A stretch of DNA of 64,000 nucleotides, taken from the NCBI GenBank assembly GCA_002454955.1, contig DKJY01000130.1, positions 13,769-77,768 of the forward strand. Reading direction: 5' to 3'. Source of the DNA: Bacteroidales bacterium UBA6680 (GTDB lineage Bacteria; Bacteroidota; Bacteroidia; Bacteroidales; UBA6680). A program made the translations under genes and the position numbers. Positions 41,005 to 50,818 of the stretch are shown piece by piece (positions within the stretch are counted from its first letter, which is position 1; each line of letters starts with the position of its first letter). The notes beneath the pieces were generated by a model. It was not told the origin of the DNA. It worked only from the letters and a program-made list of their open reading frames with translations, and made no database searches.

Positions 41005-41387
41005 AAAAAATATTTAATTTAAATGCATAACCAATATAAAATATATTATAATAAAAAAGAACTTTTAACACATATATAATAGTTAACCACTATACAATTA
41101 CACTACAAAAAAGACAACACCACTGGCTATTTCACCTTTTACAACAACAATAACATTCTAAAAAACATTTAATCGTAACACCTAAAAACACAACAGAATA
41201 CAGGCGTTATTATACATTCTGTTTTATAAATCAGAGCATACTTAATTTCATAACAAAGTTATTATCAATTTACTTTGAACTGCACTATAAAAACAATACA
41301 AGCTGATCACACTACCACACTGTATATAAAAACTGGATACAAAAGAGAAACTTACATATACAGGTAACTAATATAATTTTATTATTT

Positions 41388-43826
41388 ATGAGGAAAATTT
41401 TTACATTATTGGTTGTGTGCACCTCAATAGGTCTCTACGCTCAAAAAAGAGCAGGCGAACCTATTGTTGCAAGGCAGTTAAATGCATTTGAAGCACTAAA
41501 AAACAGTCTGGACGGCGATAACTGGAACTTTAAGACAATAGACGATCTAAAGGCCAGAGATAAATCGCCATATATAAAACTATACAATAGTGTTCTTAAC
41601 TACAACGGAACAGGACACAAACGTATTGATATGTTAGATCTGTCTAACAACAATCTAACCGGAGTAATTCCTGAATCGTTCAATTTTGTAACAGATGATA
41701 TTGGTAACTGGAAACACTCAATGACAAACTATGGCGTTGTAAAATTCAGCCACAACAATATAACAGATGCATCCAAGTATATAGGTTTTGCTATAAGACA
41801 AGGATACTACAAAGGTCTTTGGCTTGACCATAATAAACTAGAGAAGTTTGAGATGGCAGATCCATATAAACCACCAGTAAGCAATACCGGTTTTTATGGC
41901 CACAGCAGTAGCAACGAATTTGTAATAAACAACAACGAGATAAAAACACTCAGCGTAAAGAGGCTCGGCCAACCAAGTATGGACGGCTCATCGTCTATTA
42001 TTGGGTGGCACTCTACACTTATCAGGATTGATAACAACCGTTTACCATTTGCTGATATTATTGAGTTAAAAAACTTTATGAAACGTAACAAATCATATAT
42101 TCCAACAGGAGGAACATCTCCGGGATGTGCCTATGAGTTTATATACGCACCACAAAAGGCTATCGGTGGCGATAATACAGAGGTAGTAAAGAGTGAGGGT
42201 GAGACAATACCTTTAACATTCTCACTTGAACATGCCAAGAATCAGTACACATGGTTACTAAACGGAAAACCTGTTAATGTAAACGGTAAAAACCTTACAA
42301 TTACAAACTTTGATGCTTCACAGGCTGGTGTATATACATGTAAAGTAACAAATCCAGATGCACCGGAATTAACGCTTTACTCATACGATATGGCTGTATG
42401 GTACAATAAAGAAGGAAACAGTGCACCTAACAATATAGCGCTTAGCAATACTAATGCTAACAACAAGATGCCTCTATACACAAATATTGCAGAGATTACA
42501 GGAACCGATGCCGATAACGATAACCTATACTTCAGATTAGACGATAAGGTAGCAGACAATGCATCGTTTAGAATTGTAAATGGCAAAACACTTGTTACTG
42601 CTGAGGATCTGTTTGCCAGACACTATATAGAGAGTTACACAATTGTTGTAGAGGCTTATGACTGCTTTGGTGGTAAATTCACAAAGGAGTTTACAATAAA
42701 CAAAGGCGAGGTTACCTCTACAATACCTTATCCAACCAGAATAACTCTGTCGGCAAATACCATTGACGAGAACGTTGTTAAAGCAATTGGCACAATTGAT
42801 CTTGAAGGCGTAAACGATGGCAACTACACAATATCTATGCCCGATGCTCTTGACAACGCAATGTTTCAACTATCCGGCAACTCAATATCGCCAAAAAATG
42901 CGTTCGATTTTGAGGAGAGATCAAACTACACTATAAGAGTTAAACTTACAAGTTCTGACAATCAGATAATTATTGAGAAGGATTTTGATATAAAGGTTTT
43001 GAATATAAACGATGCTCCACACGGCATTATCATTACAAACGATCAGATGAAAGTAAACGAACCCCTTAACTCAATTATTGCAGTAATAATTGCAGAAGAT
43101 CAGGATGTTGCCGATGAGAACTTTACATTTGAGCTTTGCGATGGTGGCGAAGACAATAGGTTCTTTAAGATATACAAGAACAGACTTATATCATCTAAAA
43201 ACTTTAAAGATAGCGATATAGGAAACAAGAATATTAAGATAAGAGTAACCGACCCTGCCGGAGCAACATTCGAGAAAAACTTTGTTGTATCTGTTAAGGC
43301 TACAGTAACAGAGAACAAATCGCCTCGAGGAATGGGTATAACCAATATGGTAATAACATCTGCCATGTCGCAAAACGATGTTCTTGCATATGTATATATG
43401 AGCGACCCTGAAGGCGAAGCCGGAACATTCAGCTGCAATAACGAGTATATTAGCATAGAGAATAACCAGCTTATTATAAAAGAGAAACCTGCAGAGGGAA
43501 CATCATTTACTCTTAAAATATCCGGTAGCGATGGTGAGAATACAATAGAGCAGTCGTTTACAGTGTATGCATCAAAAGTGAGTGGCGAAACAGATGTTAT
43601 ACAAACCAGTACAGAACAGTATTTTGTATACCCAAACCCTGCACAAAACAGTATTGCAGTAAACGGTATTGATAATGGTCCTTACACTATATTTAATATA
43701 AATGGCAATGAGATAATGAGGGTTATGAGTGCACCAATTAATGTTTCCGGACTTAAGCCCGGCACCTATATAATAAAGTGTAACTCCAACGATATTCAGT
43801 TTTCCAAAACCTTTATAAAGAGGTAA
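41388..43826 (+). CDS. T9SS-secreted surface protein with an LRR-like N-terminus, Ig-like and cadherin-like repeats, and a type-A C-terminal sorting domain
   Basis: It has a signal peptide. Repeated modules of about 100 aa contain NDAPHGI and NSAPNNI. The C-terminus (YFVYPNPAQNSIAVNG...LKPGTYIIKC...FSKTFIKR) is typical of Por_Secre_tail. Confidence 0.85.
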   Translation: MRKIFTLLVVCTSIGLYAQKRAGEPIVARQLNAFEALKNSLDGDNWNFKTIDDLKARDKSPYIKLYNSVLNYNGTGHKRIDMLDLSNNNLTGVIPESFNFVTDDIGNWKHSMTNYGVVKFSHNNITDASKYIGFAIRQGYYKGLWLDHNKLEKFEMADPYKPPVSNTGFYGHSSSNEFVINNNEIKTLSVKRLGQPSMDGSSSIIGWHSTLIRIDNNRLPFADIIELKNFMKRNKSYIPTGGTSPGCAYEFIYAPQKAIGGDNTEVVKSEGETIPLTFSLEHAKNQYTWLLNGKPVNVNGKNLTITNFDASQAGVYTCKVTNPDAPELTLYSYDMAVWYNKEGNSAPNNIALSNTNANNKMPLYTNIAEITGTDADNDNLYFRLDDKVADNASFRIVNGKTLVTAEDLFARHYIESYTIVVEAYDCFGGKFTKEFTINKGEVTSTIPYPTRITLSANTIDENVVKAIGTIDLEGVNDGNYTISMPDALDNAMFQLSGNSISPKNAFDFEERSNYTIRVKLTSSDNQIIIEKDFDIKVLNINDAPHGIIITNDQMKVNEPLNSIIAVIIAEDQDVADENFTFELCDGGEDNRFFKIYKNRLISSKNFKDSDIGNKNIKIRVTDPAGATFEKNFVVSVKATVTENKSPRGMGITNMVITSAMSQNDVLAYVYMSDPEGEAGTFSCNNEYISIENNQLIIKEKPAEGTSFTLKISGSDGENTIEQSFTVYASKVSGETDVIQTSTEQYFVYPNPAQNSIAVNGIDNGPYTIFNINGNEIMRVMSAPINVSGLKPGTYIIKCNSNDIQFSKTFIKR

Positions 43827-43845
43827 TCAATTTGTTTGTTAACAA

Positions 43846-43870
43846 AAAACCACCCTAAGGGGTGGTTTTC
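43846..43870 (+). terminator. Rho-independent terminator
   Basis: AAAACCACCC taag GGGTGGTTTT is followed by a T-rich sequence. Confidence 0.7.
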
Positions 43871-43908
43871 TCGTTATATTAATGTGATATATTTAGAGAC
43901 CAAAACAG

Positions 43909-45612
43909 ATGCTAATTATGAGAACCATATTAATAATCATATTATCCGCTTTATTAGTAAAAACAGCCCAAGGCAGAGATATAAAGCAGCAACCATCGGC
44001 AAAATATCTTGATAGTATATATGTGTTTACTGAGTTATCATATACCGATATTAAAATGGCTCAGGATAAACTTGTTGAGATGGAAGCGTTGTTAAATACA
44101 GACAACTATCAATATAAGGATGCTGTAATGTATCTGTTCAAAGGTATTGTTGAACGTGGAAAGAACAACAACAGTCAGGCACACACTCAGTTCAAAAGAT
44201 CAAAAGAGCTTATATATCCTAAACACAACAGCAGCAGCGATGCAATGTACATATACTTCTGTAGTACACTGTCTGAATCAGATCTGCTTATGACAGAATA
44301 TAAGTTTAAAGAGAGTATTGAGCTAATGTATAAACTAGAGCAACATTTTCTTACAAAAAACAGAGAGTGGCTTATAGATATATATAACAATATTGCAGCA
44401 ATATATAGCGAGATTGATGAAAATGAACTAACTATTAAGTATCTGGAGAAAGCCCTGGAGGTTGCCATAGATGATAATGCTATAGGTACAATGCTTACCA
44501 TAAAGATAAATCTTGCATCTATAGAGCACGTAAATAACAACCACAAAGGTGCCCTTGACATACTCTATGAGATGGGAAAACCATCTGATTACAAGGTGAT
44601 AGGTTACAATGAACTGGATGAGATGTACTGGGCACTTATGGCAAACTCTCTGTATGAGATTGGCGATTATAAAGCATCGTTAAATGCAATTCAAGCACTT
44701 GACTCTCTGCCTGAGCAGGATATGTACTACAGGGCTAAAGCACATATAACACACGCCAATATTGCCGGTAAAAGAGGCGACTACAAAACTGTTGCTAATC
44801 AGATGCTAAAAGCAAAGCAGATATTTGATCAATATAACAATCCTTACTTTAACAAAGATCTGTATGAGAATATGTTCTACATATATAAACATAACCCCGA
44901 TAGTGTAAAGAAGTATGTTGAACTATTTATGGCATATACAGATACCACCAGAATGGAGTCATACACTGATAATATTGTAAATCTGGAGGTAAAAAAAGCC
45001 ATGCGCGAACTCGATAACAGATATACCGAGCTAAAGATATCTAATCTGTACCAGAAAAGAATAACACAGAATCAGTTCTACATAATTATACTTATTACAA
45101 TACTTCTTATTGCCACCACTGTAACACTGCTGATAATACGTACAAAAAACAGAAAGCTAAGGTTCCATCTAAACAGACTTATACAGAACAACAAAAAAAT
45201 ATATGAAAAGAGAGAGAGTAACAATCGCGATGTACGTATTGGTAATGAAAAGAGAGAGATGCTTATATCTGAATGGGAAGAGATTATACTAAACAAAGAG
45301 CTGTTTAAAAATAAAGATATATCGCTACAGATTATTGCGCGTAAACTAAAAACAAATACATCGTACCTATCTGAGAGTATAAACTCATATTACAACAAAA
45401 ACTTTAATAAACTCATAAACGAATATCGAATAAAGGAGAGTCTTAAATACTTTCATAACAACAACACATCAAACTATACTATAGAGTATGTAGCAACATC
45501 ATCGGGTTTTAAATCAATGTCGGCATTCTACAGAGCCTTTAAGGAGTATACCGGGGTTACACCAAGTGTATATCTAAAAGAGTTAAACAGTAAGGATAGT
45601 GTTAAGGTTTAG
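43909..45612 (+). CDS. TPR-repeat, single-TM, AraC-type HTH transcriptional regulator
   Basis: It has a signal/anchor and a TPR-like helical region. The TM helix is FYIIILITILLIATTVTLLII. The C-terminal HTH_18-like segment is SLQIIARKLKTNTSYLSESI...YVATSSGFKSMSAFYRAFKEYTGVTPSVY. Confidence 0.8.
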   Translation: MLIMRTILIIILSALLVKTAQGRDIKQQPSAKYLDSIYVFTELSYTDIKMAQDKLVEMEALLNTDNYQYKDAVMYLFKGIVERGKNNNSQAHTQFKRSKELIYPKHNSSSDAMYIYFCSTLSESDLLMTEYKFKESIELMYKLEQHFLTKNREWLIDIYNNIAAIYSEIDENELTIKYLEKALEVAIDDNAIGTMLTIKINLASIEHVNNNHKGALDILYEMGKPSDYKVIGYNELDEMYWALMANSLYEIGDYKASLNAIQALDSLPEQDMYYRAKAHITHANIAGKRGDYKTVANQMLKAKQIFDQYNNPYFNKDLYENMFYIYKHNPDSVKKYVELFMAYTDTTRMESYTDNIVNLEVKKAMRELDNRYTELKISNLYQKRITQNQFYIIILITILLIATTVTLLIIRTKNRKLRFHLNRLIQNNKKIYEKRESNNRDVRIGNEKREMLISEWEEIILNKELFKNKDISLQIIARKLKTNTSYLSESINSYYNKNFNKLINEYRIKESLKYFHNNNTSNYTIEYVATSSGFKSMSAFYRAFKEYTGVTPSVYLKELNSKDSVKV

Positions 45613-45652
45613 CTAAGCAATTTATTAGCTTGTTATACATCTTGATATAGCA

Positions 45653-45684
45653 AGAGAGCGGGTCACTGGATATGCCCGCTCTCT
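45653..45684. terminator. Hairpin between convergent genes
   Basis: AGAGAGCGGG (45653-45662) pairs with CCCGCTCTCT (45675-45684). Confidence 0.5.
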
Positions 45685-45731
45685 CTGTACTGTTAATATA
45701 TAATAACAGTAGCATGGTATCTTTTAGCTGG

Positions 45732-46247
45732 TTAAAACTGTTTAACCATAATCCTATTCTCATAATCGTTGCCATCCATATTAAAAAATATATGTCCGGC
45801 ATCTGTGTGCCCCTCTCTAATATAGAATCGTATTGCGGATTCATTACCAGAATATACACTTAACCAATACCCTCTCCTACCCGATCTTTTAAGTATATCT
45901 TTAGCTCCGTCTAATAACATAATACCTATACCCTGCCCACAGAATCTACTAAGCACATACAAAACAGTAATCTCAGGATAATTTACCCCATCAACCGGAG
46001 CCTTGGCACTATAATCAAGTTGTAACAGCCCAACAATATGGTTGTTACTCTCTGCCACAAGCGTAACCATATTATCACTATTCAGCAGCGTTTTCTCGTT
46101 ATCTACAGTAAACTCACTAATAACATACTCCGAGAACTCACTCCTTACACCTTCAGTTGCATAGGTATCTATCCACACCTGCTGCTTTACAACAACAATA
46201 TTTGTTATATCCTCAAATCTTGCCTCTCTTATAGTAAAATTACACAT
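45732..46247 (-). CDS. GNAT-family N-acetyltransferase
   Basis: It carries the acetyl-CoA-binding motif FCGQGIGIMLLDGA within a 171-aa GNAT-sized protein. Confidence 0.85.
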   Translation of the reverse strand: MCNFTIREARFEDITNIVVVKQQVWIDTYATEGVRSEFSEYVISEFTVDNEKTLLNSDNMVTLVAESNNHIVGLLQLDYSAKAPVDGVNYPEITVLYVLSRFCGQGIGIMLLDGAKDILKRSGRRGYWLSVYSGNESAIRFYIREGHTDAGHIFFNMDGNDYENRIMVKQF

Positions 46248-46750
46248 ATGCTACAAAAATAGATATCTTACCCTAAATAACAACAACCAAAAGTTAGGAA
46301 TGAGAGTAGAATAGTAAAAAGCTGTGGATATACTCACCTGCAATATTTCTGCAATAAGTTGATTCATCCTAAGAACATACCTATAATAAAGCGCCGTAAA
46401 CTAAAGAGCTTATAAGGAATATTAATTACATTTGCTAGAACAATAAAATGGCGATACGCAATGGATAGAGTTGATCTGGTTAATTTATCTGGGAGTGTAT
46501 GTCATTTAAAAAGCCTATGGATACTGATAAACTAAATATTGACAATAAAGATATTTGGGATTCTAATGCAAAGGGTTAAGAGTATATGGGAGAATATGGC
46601 AACGACTGACATAAATGGCTAATAATTCAGTGCCCTTGCTTCAATTCAGGATCTGCAAATAGTCTGTTATAAATGAATTTATTGGGTCATCTTTTAACCC
46701 GAAGACAGACAATGGGATTTACTCAAGATTCTCTCCCATATTAATTATAA

Positions 46751-46882
46751 AGATGATTAATATGAAACGAAGCATAAGAAAGAGTTTCCACACACAAGAA
46801 ACAAGCATAAGAGTTGCTTACTAGTACACTAAAATGATTATTATGGAATTCAATATGACCATTGAAAAGAAAAAATAAATAT
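46751..46882 (+). promoter_or_regulatory. Leader element C1 upstream of the MATE gene, containing a conserved mini-ORF (46762..46824, MKRSIRKSFHTQETSIRVAY)
   Basis: TAATATGAAACGAAGCATAAGAAAGAGTTTCCACACACAAGAA matches 38 of 43 positions of a second copy at 56749-56791. A second shared box, TTCAATATGACCATTGAAA, lies just before the gene start. Confidence 0.4.
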
Positions 46883-48229
46883 ATGAAGGATAATAAAATT
46901 TTAACGGGAAAAATAAACTCAGTATTTTTCTCCTTTGCAATCCCTGTAGTACTCGGATTGGTTGCATCTTCTTCGGCAGGTATTATTGACGGAATGTTTA
47001 TTGGTAATTATATTGGAGAAACAGCACTTGCCGCAGTAACGCTATGTGTACCAATATTTCCTTTTTTAATGGGAATTGCTATTCTATTCTCAACTGGTGG
47101 CGAGGTATTTAGTGGCAAATTCATAGGCGAAGGTAATCATAAAAGAGCATCCGAAGTATTCACAAAAGTTATAATTGTTATTCTTACAATAAGCACTCTG
47201 CTAATGATTATTGGTCTGGTTTTTCTGGACTCATTAGTTAATCTGCTTGGAGCTGATAAGGAGGTGCATCAGATGGCTTCTGAATATTTACAGATAATTA
47301 TAATTAGTGCTCCGCTTATTGCTACGTTTTCCTTATCCTATTTTGTACGTGTTGATGGTAAACCAAACCTTAGTGCCGCATCGCTGTTAGCCACTGCCGT
47401 TCTTAATATAGTTTTAGATTACATATTTATTGTTGAGCTAAATTGGGGTATAAAAGGAGCTGCCTGGGGAACTATTCTGTCATACACAGCTATGCCCATT
47501 CTGCTACTACCTCACTTTATATTACGACAAGGAAACTTAAGATTTGTTAAGCCTACAAAATCACTCAAGATACTAGGAGAAGTAGCTTATAATGGATCTT
47601 CCGAATTTTTTAGCGAGATATCAGGAGGTATCTTACTGTTTGTTATAAATATTACCATGATGAAATATTATGGAAACAGAGGTGTTGCAGCTTATGCCGT
47701 AGTTGGTTATCTCCTATATTTCACCGCAATGGCATGCTATGGAGTTTCAGATGCAATAAAATCTATTGTTAGTATAAACTTTGGAGCAAAGCAGCGCAAA
47801 CGTATCTCTCAGTTTTTGCGAGTAGCAATAATTACTGTAGTCTCTTTTGGTTTTGTATTAGTAATCTTAACACAAATAAACTCAACCCTGTTTGTACAAC
47901 TATTTCTTAAAAATAATGCTGATACTACAGTTAGCACTTTAGCAAATGATTTCATATTATCAATCTCACCAGTACTATTAATTATAGGAACAAATATAAT
48001 ATTGTCAGCCTACTTTACGGCAATTCATATGCCAAAACCATCGTTAATAATTTCTCTATCAAGAACACTGATACTACCTCTAATTTTGATACCAATAATT
48101 ACAAGCCTTGTTGGCGGAGACGGAATTATTACGGCATTAATTATATCAGAAATAGCAACCCTTCTAATAGCAATATTGTTAGTATTAGGAAACAAAAATA
48201 AGGTAGCTTTTAAATCTCTTGATTCATAA
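46883..48229 (+). CDS. MATE-family multidrug/toxin efflux transporter
   Basis: It is a twelve-helix hydrophobic profile with N-terminal MatE-like sequence (FFSFAIPVVLGLVASSSAGIIDGMFIGNYIGETALAAV). The ATG at 46883 is preferred over the track TTG at 46862. Confidence 0.9.
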   Translation: MKDNKILTGKINSVFFSFAIPVVLGLVASSSAGIIDGMFIGNYIGETALAAVTLCVPIFPFLMGIAILFSTGGEVFSGKFIGEGNHKRASEVFTKVIIVILTISTLLMIIGLVFLDSLVNLLGADKEVHQMASEYLQIIIISAPLIATFSLSYFVRVDGKPNLSAASLLATAVLNIVLDYIFIVELNWGIKGAAWGTILSYTAMPILLLPHFILRQGNLRFVKPTKSLKILGEVAYNGSSEFFSEISGGILLFVINITMMKYYGNRGVAAYAVVGYLLYFTAMACYGVSDAIKSIVSINFGAKQRKRISQFLRVAIITVVSFGFVLVILTQINSTLFVQLFLKNNADTTVSTLANDFILSISPVLLIIGTNIILSAYFTAIHMPKPSLIISLSRTLILPLILIPIITSLVGGDGIITALIISEIATLLIAILLVLGNKNKVAFKSLDS

Positions 48230-48265
48230 AACCTATTTTACTGTCTTAAACAAGCTTAAGAATGA

Positions 48266-48375
48266 ATACCACTTATGGTCATACATAGTCACAAATTTGT
48301 ATATTTCCGCTTTTGTAAATAACTTTAACAAGTATGCTCTGCTAAACATACTGAGCACACACAATAAATATACGT
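48266..48375 (+). promoter_or_regulatory. Intergenic module B, copy 1 (decayed palindrome plus TTTG-N20-TAACTTTA promoter-like core)
   Basis: It is identical to the copy at 51055-51162 at 101 of 108 positions by my count, with a 53-nt uninterrupted identical run. TTTG lies at 48296-48299 and TAACTTTA at 48320-48327. Confidence 0.55.
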
Positions 48376-48567
48376 AATGTGGGCAACTGGGTAAATTTGG
48401 ACATTAAACAATACAGCGGTTTAATAGTGAAGAGCCTTGAAATCCGGCACTACGCATATTCAAGTAGTTAGCTTTAATTTAACATTAATAAAGCACAGTC
48501 TTCCATTCTTAATGGATTACAGCTATTCTATATATTTTTATCGATACTAACTAAACTTAACATTAAA

Positions 48568-50007
48568 ATGAAAAAAATAATATTACTGATCATAAGCCTA
48601 GTGTTTATTAATGCTATTCAAGCACAAATTATCAATTCAGACTCCATTAAATTGGAACTCACAAAATATTTAAATCAACAAAAAGAGAAATATCAATTAC
48701 CAAGTCTGGTATTAGTATTGGTTCAGGGAGATAGTATAATTTATTCAAAAGCATTAGGGTATGCAGATGTTGAAAAAAAACTACCGGCAACTATTGATAG
48801 TAAATATCCTATAATGTCTATTACAAAGACGTTTACTGCTACTGTTTTAATGCAATTATATGAGGAAGGTAAATTATCATTGTATGACAAAGTGGAGACA
48901 TATATTCCGGAATATCAAGTTAAGACAGAAAATGGTAACAAGGCAAATACCAACTTGTTTCAGTTAAGTATACACAGTTCCGGTTTGGGTAGGAATTCAG
49001 GAGTTGATTTCCCTTATTTTAATTCATCAAATCGCTGGTATTTGAGTAACGGACAAGAAGAGTTAAAATGGTTTGTTACCAATAAAGAACTTTTAGCCTC
49101 GTTAAAAGAATTAAAACTGGAATATCCAGCGTATCATTTCTATCCTTTTAGCCGTCACTACTCCAATACAGGTTATGCACTATTAAGTATTGCTCTTGAA
49201 AGGATTAATAACAAGAGTATTACAAAATCTATAGAAGAAAACATCCTTCATCCTTTAGGAATGTTTAATACAGGATTTATAAATGAGAAAAACATCAGCA
49301 ATAAATTAGCAAAAGGTTACGCGCAATCCTGGAAAGATGACAAATTGCTAAAAGTACCAACCATTGATGTAGACAAAAATAATACAGTAATTGGAGCCGG
49401 TGGGTTATATTCAACAGGCCGTGATATGAGCAAGTATATCTCTTTTCAGTTGAGTAATAATAAACATAAAGAAGTCCTGTCCCAATTTTCAAAGAACAAA
49501 ATGTATTCTTTGAGAATAGGTTGGTCTTACTCTTATTACTATCCTTTTTCATTGATAACACACGATGGCGCTTTTATGGGATATAGAAGTCACATGGCAT
49601 TTAATCCCGACAAAGGAATAGGGTGGATTGTTTTTATCAATAAAAATGGTCAGCAAAGCGGTGAAAATGGAATGAGTTTCCGTAAATTAAATTCAAAAAT
49701 GGTTGAACTATTATATGATAGCAAAAACAATAATACCGAAGTAATCAATTATGAAAAGTATGTGGGTACATACAAAGCTATAGGAGGTAAAGAAGTAATT
49801 GAAATTAAGAAAGATGCTAAAGGTCTATATTCAACTCATTTAAACGACCTAATTGATAATACATACCTTGAACCAAATGGCTATCATTCGTTTATAGTAA
49901 AAGGAAATGGTGACCACAAAACCTATTATAAATTTATTATAGATAAGAACCAACGAGTAATCTCCTTAAAATTGGGGCCATTTGTTTGGAATAAAATTGA
50001 AAACTAA
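48568..50007 (+). CDS. Secreted beta-lactamase-fold serine hydrolase
   Basis: It has a signal peptide, an SxxK motif (MSITKTF) and a YxN motif (YSNTGY). Confidence 0.85.
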   Translation: MKKIILLIISLVFINAIQAQIINSDSIKLELTKYLNQQKEKYQLPSLVLVLVQGDSIIYSKALGYADVEKKLPATIDSKYPIMSITKTFTATVLMQLYEEGKLSLYDKVETYIPEYQVKTENGNKANTNLFQLSIHSSGLGRNSGVDFPYFNSSNRWYLSNGQEELKWFVTNKELLASLKELKLEYPAYHFYPFSRHYSNTGYALLSIALERINNKSITKSIEENILHPLGMFNTGFINEKNISNKLAKGYAQSWKDDKLLKVPTIDVDKNNTVIGAGGLYSTGRDMSKYISFQLSNNKHKEVLSQFSKNKMYSLRIGWSYSYYYPFSLITHDGAFMGYRSHMAFNPDKGIGWIVFINKNGQQSGENGMSFRKLNSKMVELLYDSKNNNTEVINYEKYVGTYKAIGGKEVIEIKKDAKGLYSTHLNDLIDNTYLEPNGYHSFIVKGNGDHKTYYKFIIDKNQRVISLKLGPFVWNKIEN

Positions 50008-50220
50008 AGCTAGTTGAGTAGGTAAAGGGGAATCTCACCCCTAAACCTCTCACAGAACCGTACGTGAACCTTTCAATTCATGCGGCACTTATCATGTTAT
50101 CAATTACCATATTAGATTAACTGACACATAATGTTAAATGATAAAACAGATTAGGATAACACTTATAGGTACACCGAAACTGATCCAAGTTTTCAGCTAA
50201 GATCATGACCATTAAAAATG
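50008..50220 (+). repeat. Intergenic module A, copy 1 (begins at the stop codon of the upstream gene)
   Basis: It shares blocks with the copies at 50819, 53194 and 57762: TAAAGCT-AGT...GTAGGTAAAGGGG..CTCACCCCTAAACCTCTCACAG, GAACCGTACGTGAACC, TCAATTCATGCGGC, TTATCATG, and TTTTCAGCTAAGAT. Confidence 0.8.
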
Positions 50221-50290
50221 GTTGCCACATATGGCAATACGTGGCAACAAAGTTGTATATTTCCGTTTTGTATATAACTTTAACAATCTA
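50221..50290 (+). promoter_or_regulatory. Intergenic module B, copy 2 (palindrome GTTGCCACATAT-GGCA-ATACGTGGCAAC plus TTG-N19-TAACTTTA)
   Basis: The palindrome spans 50221-50248. TTG lies at 50253-50255 and TAACTTTA at 50275-50282, 30 nt before the ATG at 50312. Confidence 0.55.
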
Positions 50291-50311
50291 CAGTTAGCCA
50301 CAACTAAACAA

Positions 50312-50818
50312 ATGGAACTTCGAAATCTAATAGGGAAAAAGATTAGTGATATAAGAATGGAAGTAAAAGATTTTCCATATGATGGAAGCATTCCATTGGA
50401 TGAATCTGTAAGCCATATTATTTTGGATTCAAATGAAATAATCGAAATTCCTTATCTAAATTCAAATTGCTTGTTATTAGAAGAAGCCCTATCGAAGAAT
50501 CAAAAAACAATCTTTGAAGAAAACGGAAATAAGTCTATACTTCATAAGTTATTTTTCCAGTCAGACTCTGATAATCTGATTACCAGAAATACCAATAATA
50601 TTAAAGACAAAGAAATTACAGCCATTTTTCAATATGATAGTCTATATTCAGATAAAGGTCGAGAATGGGATAAATGTTTGATCCAAGTTGAAAGTGGTTT
50701 TTTGATAAGTGAAAAAACAATCTCTCCTAAAGGGACAGGGCAAGCAGGAATTTGGATTTTTACCTCGCTTGAAGATTTAACAACAAAGATTGGAAGTGGT
50801 TTTAGAAAATTAATATAA
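50312..50818 (+). CDS. Hypothetical protein (168 aa)
   Basis: This is an ORF with an ATG at 50312 (MELRNLIGKK). The track ORF start at 50222 lies inside the repeat module and is unlikely to be real. No family was recognised. Confidence 0.5.
   Translation: MELRNLIGKKISDIRMEVKDFPYDGSIPLDESVSHIILDSNEIIEIPYLNSNCLLLEEALSKNQKTIFEENGNKSILHKLFFQSDSDNLITRNTNNIKDKEITAIFQYDSLYSDKGREWDKCLIQVESGFLISEKTISPKGTGQAGIWIFTSLEDLTTKIGSGFRKLI

Noticed and set aside
45602-45863. Two overlapping small ORFs (85 aa on the minus strand, 63 aa on the plus strand) between the TPR-AraC gene and the GNAT gene
   Set aside because: They overlap a terminator hairpin and the 3' end of the GNAT gene, and they have no family features. 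They are likely spurious.
46440-46700. Short broken reading frames (for example MSFKKPMDTDKLNIDNKDIWDSNAKG-stop) in the 600-bp spacer before the MATE gene
   Set aside because: They may be remnants of a decayed gene, but the fragments are too short and interrupted for me to assign a family. BLASTX would be needed.
50008-50290. Canonical integron attC sites at the inter-cassette junctions
   Set aside because: I could not find the R''(RYYYAAC)...R'(GTTRRRY) terminal inverse-core/core pair, nor a single long imperfect palindrome spanning the element. The elements are about 250-300 bp rather than 55-140 bp, they carry their own promoter-like core, and no intI is present. The analogy is architectural only, and a covariance-model scan would be needed to exclude it formally.
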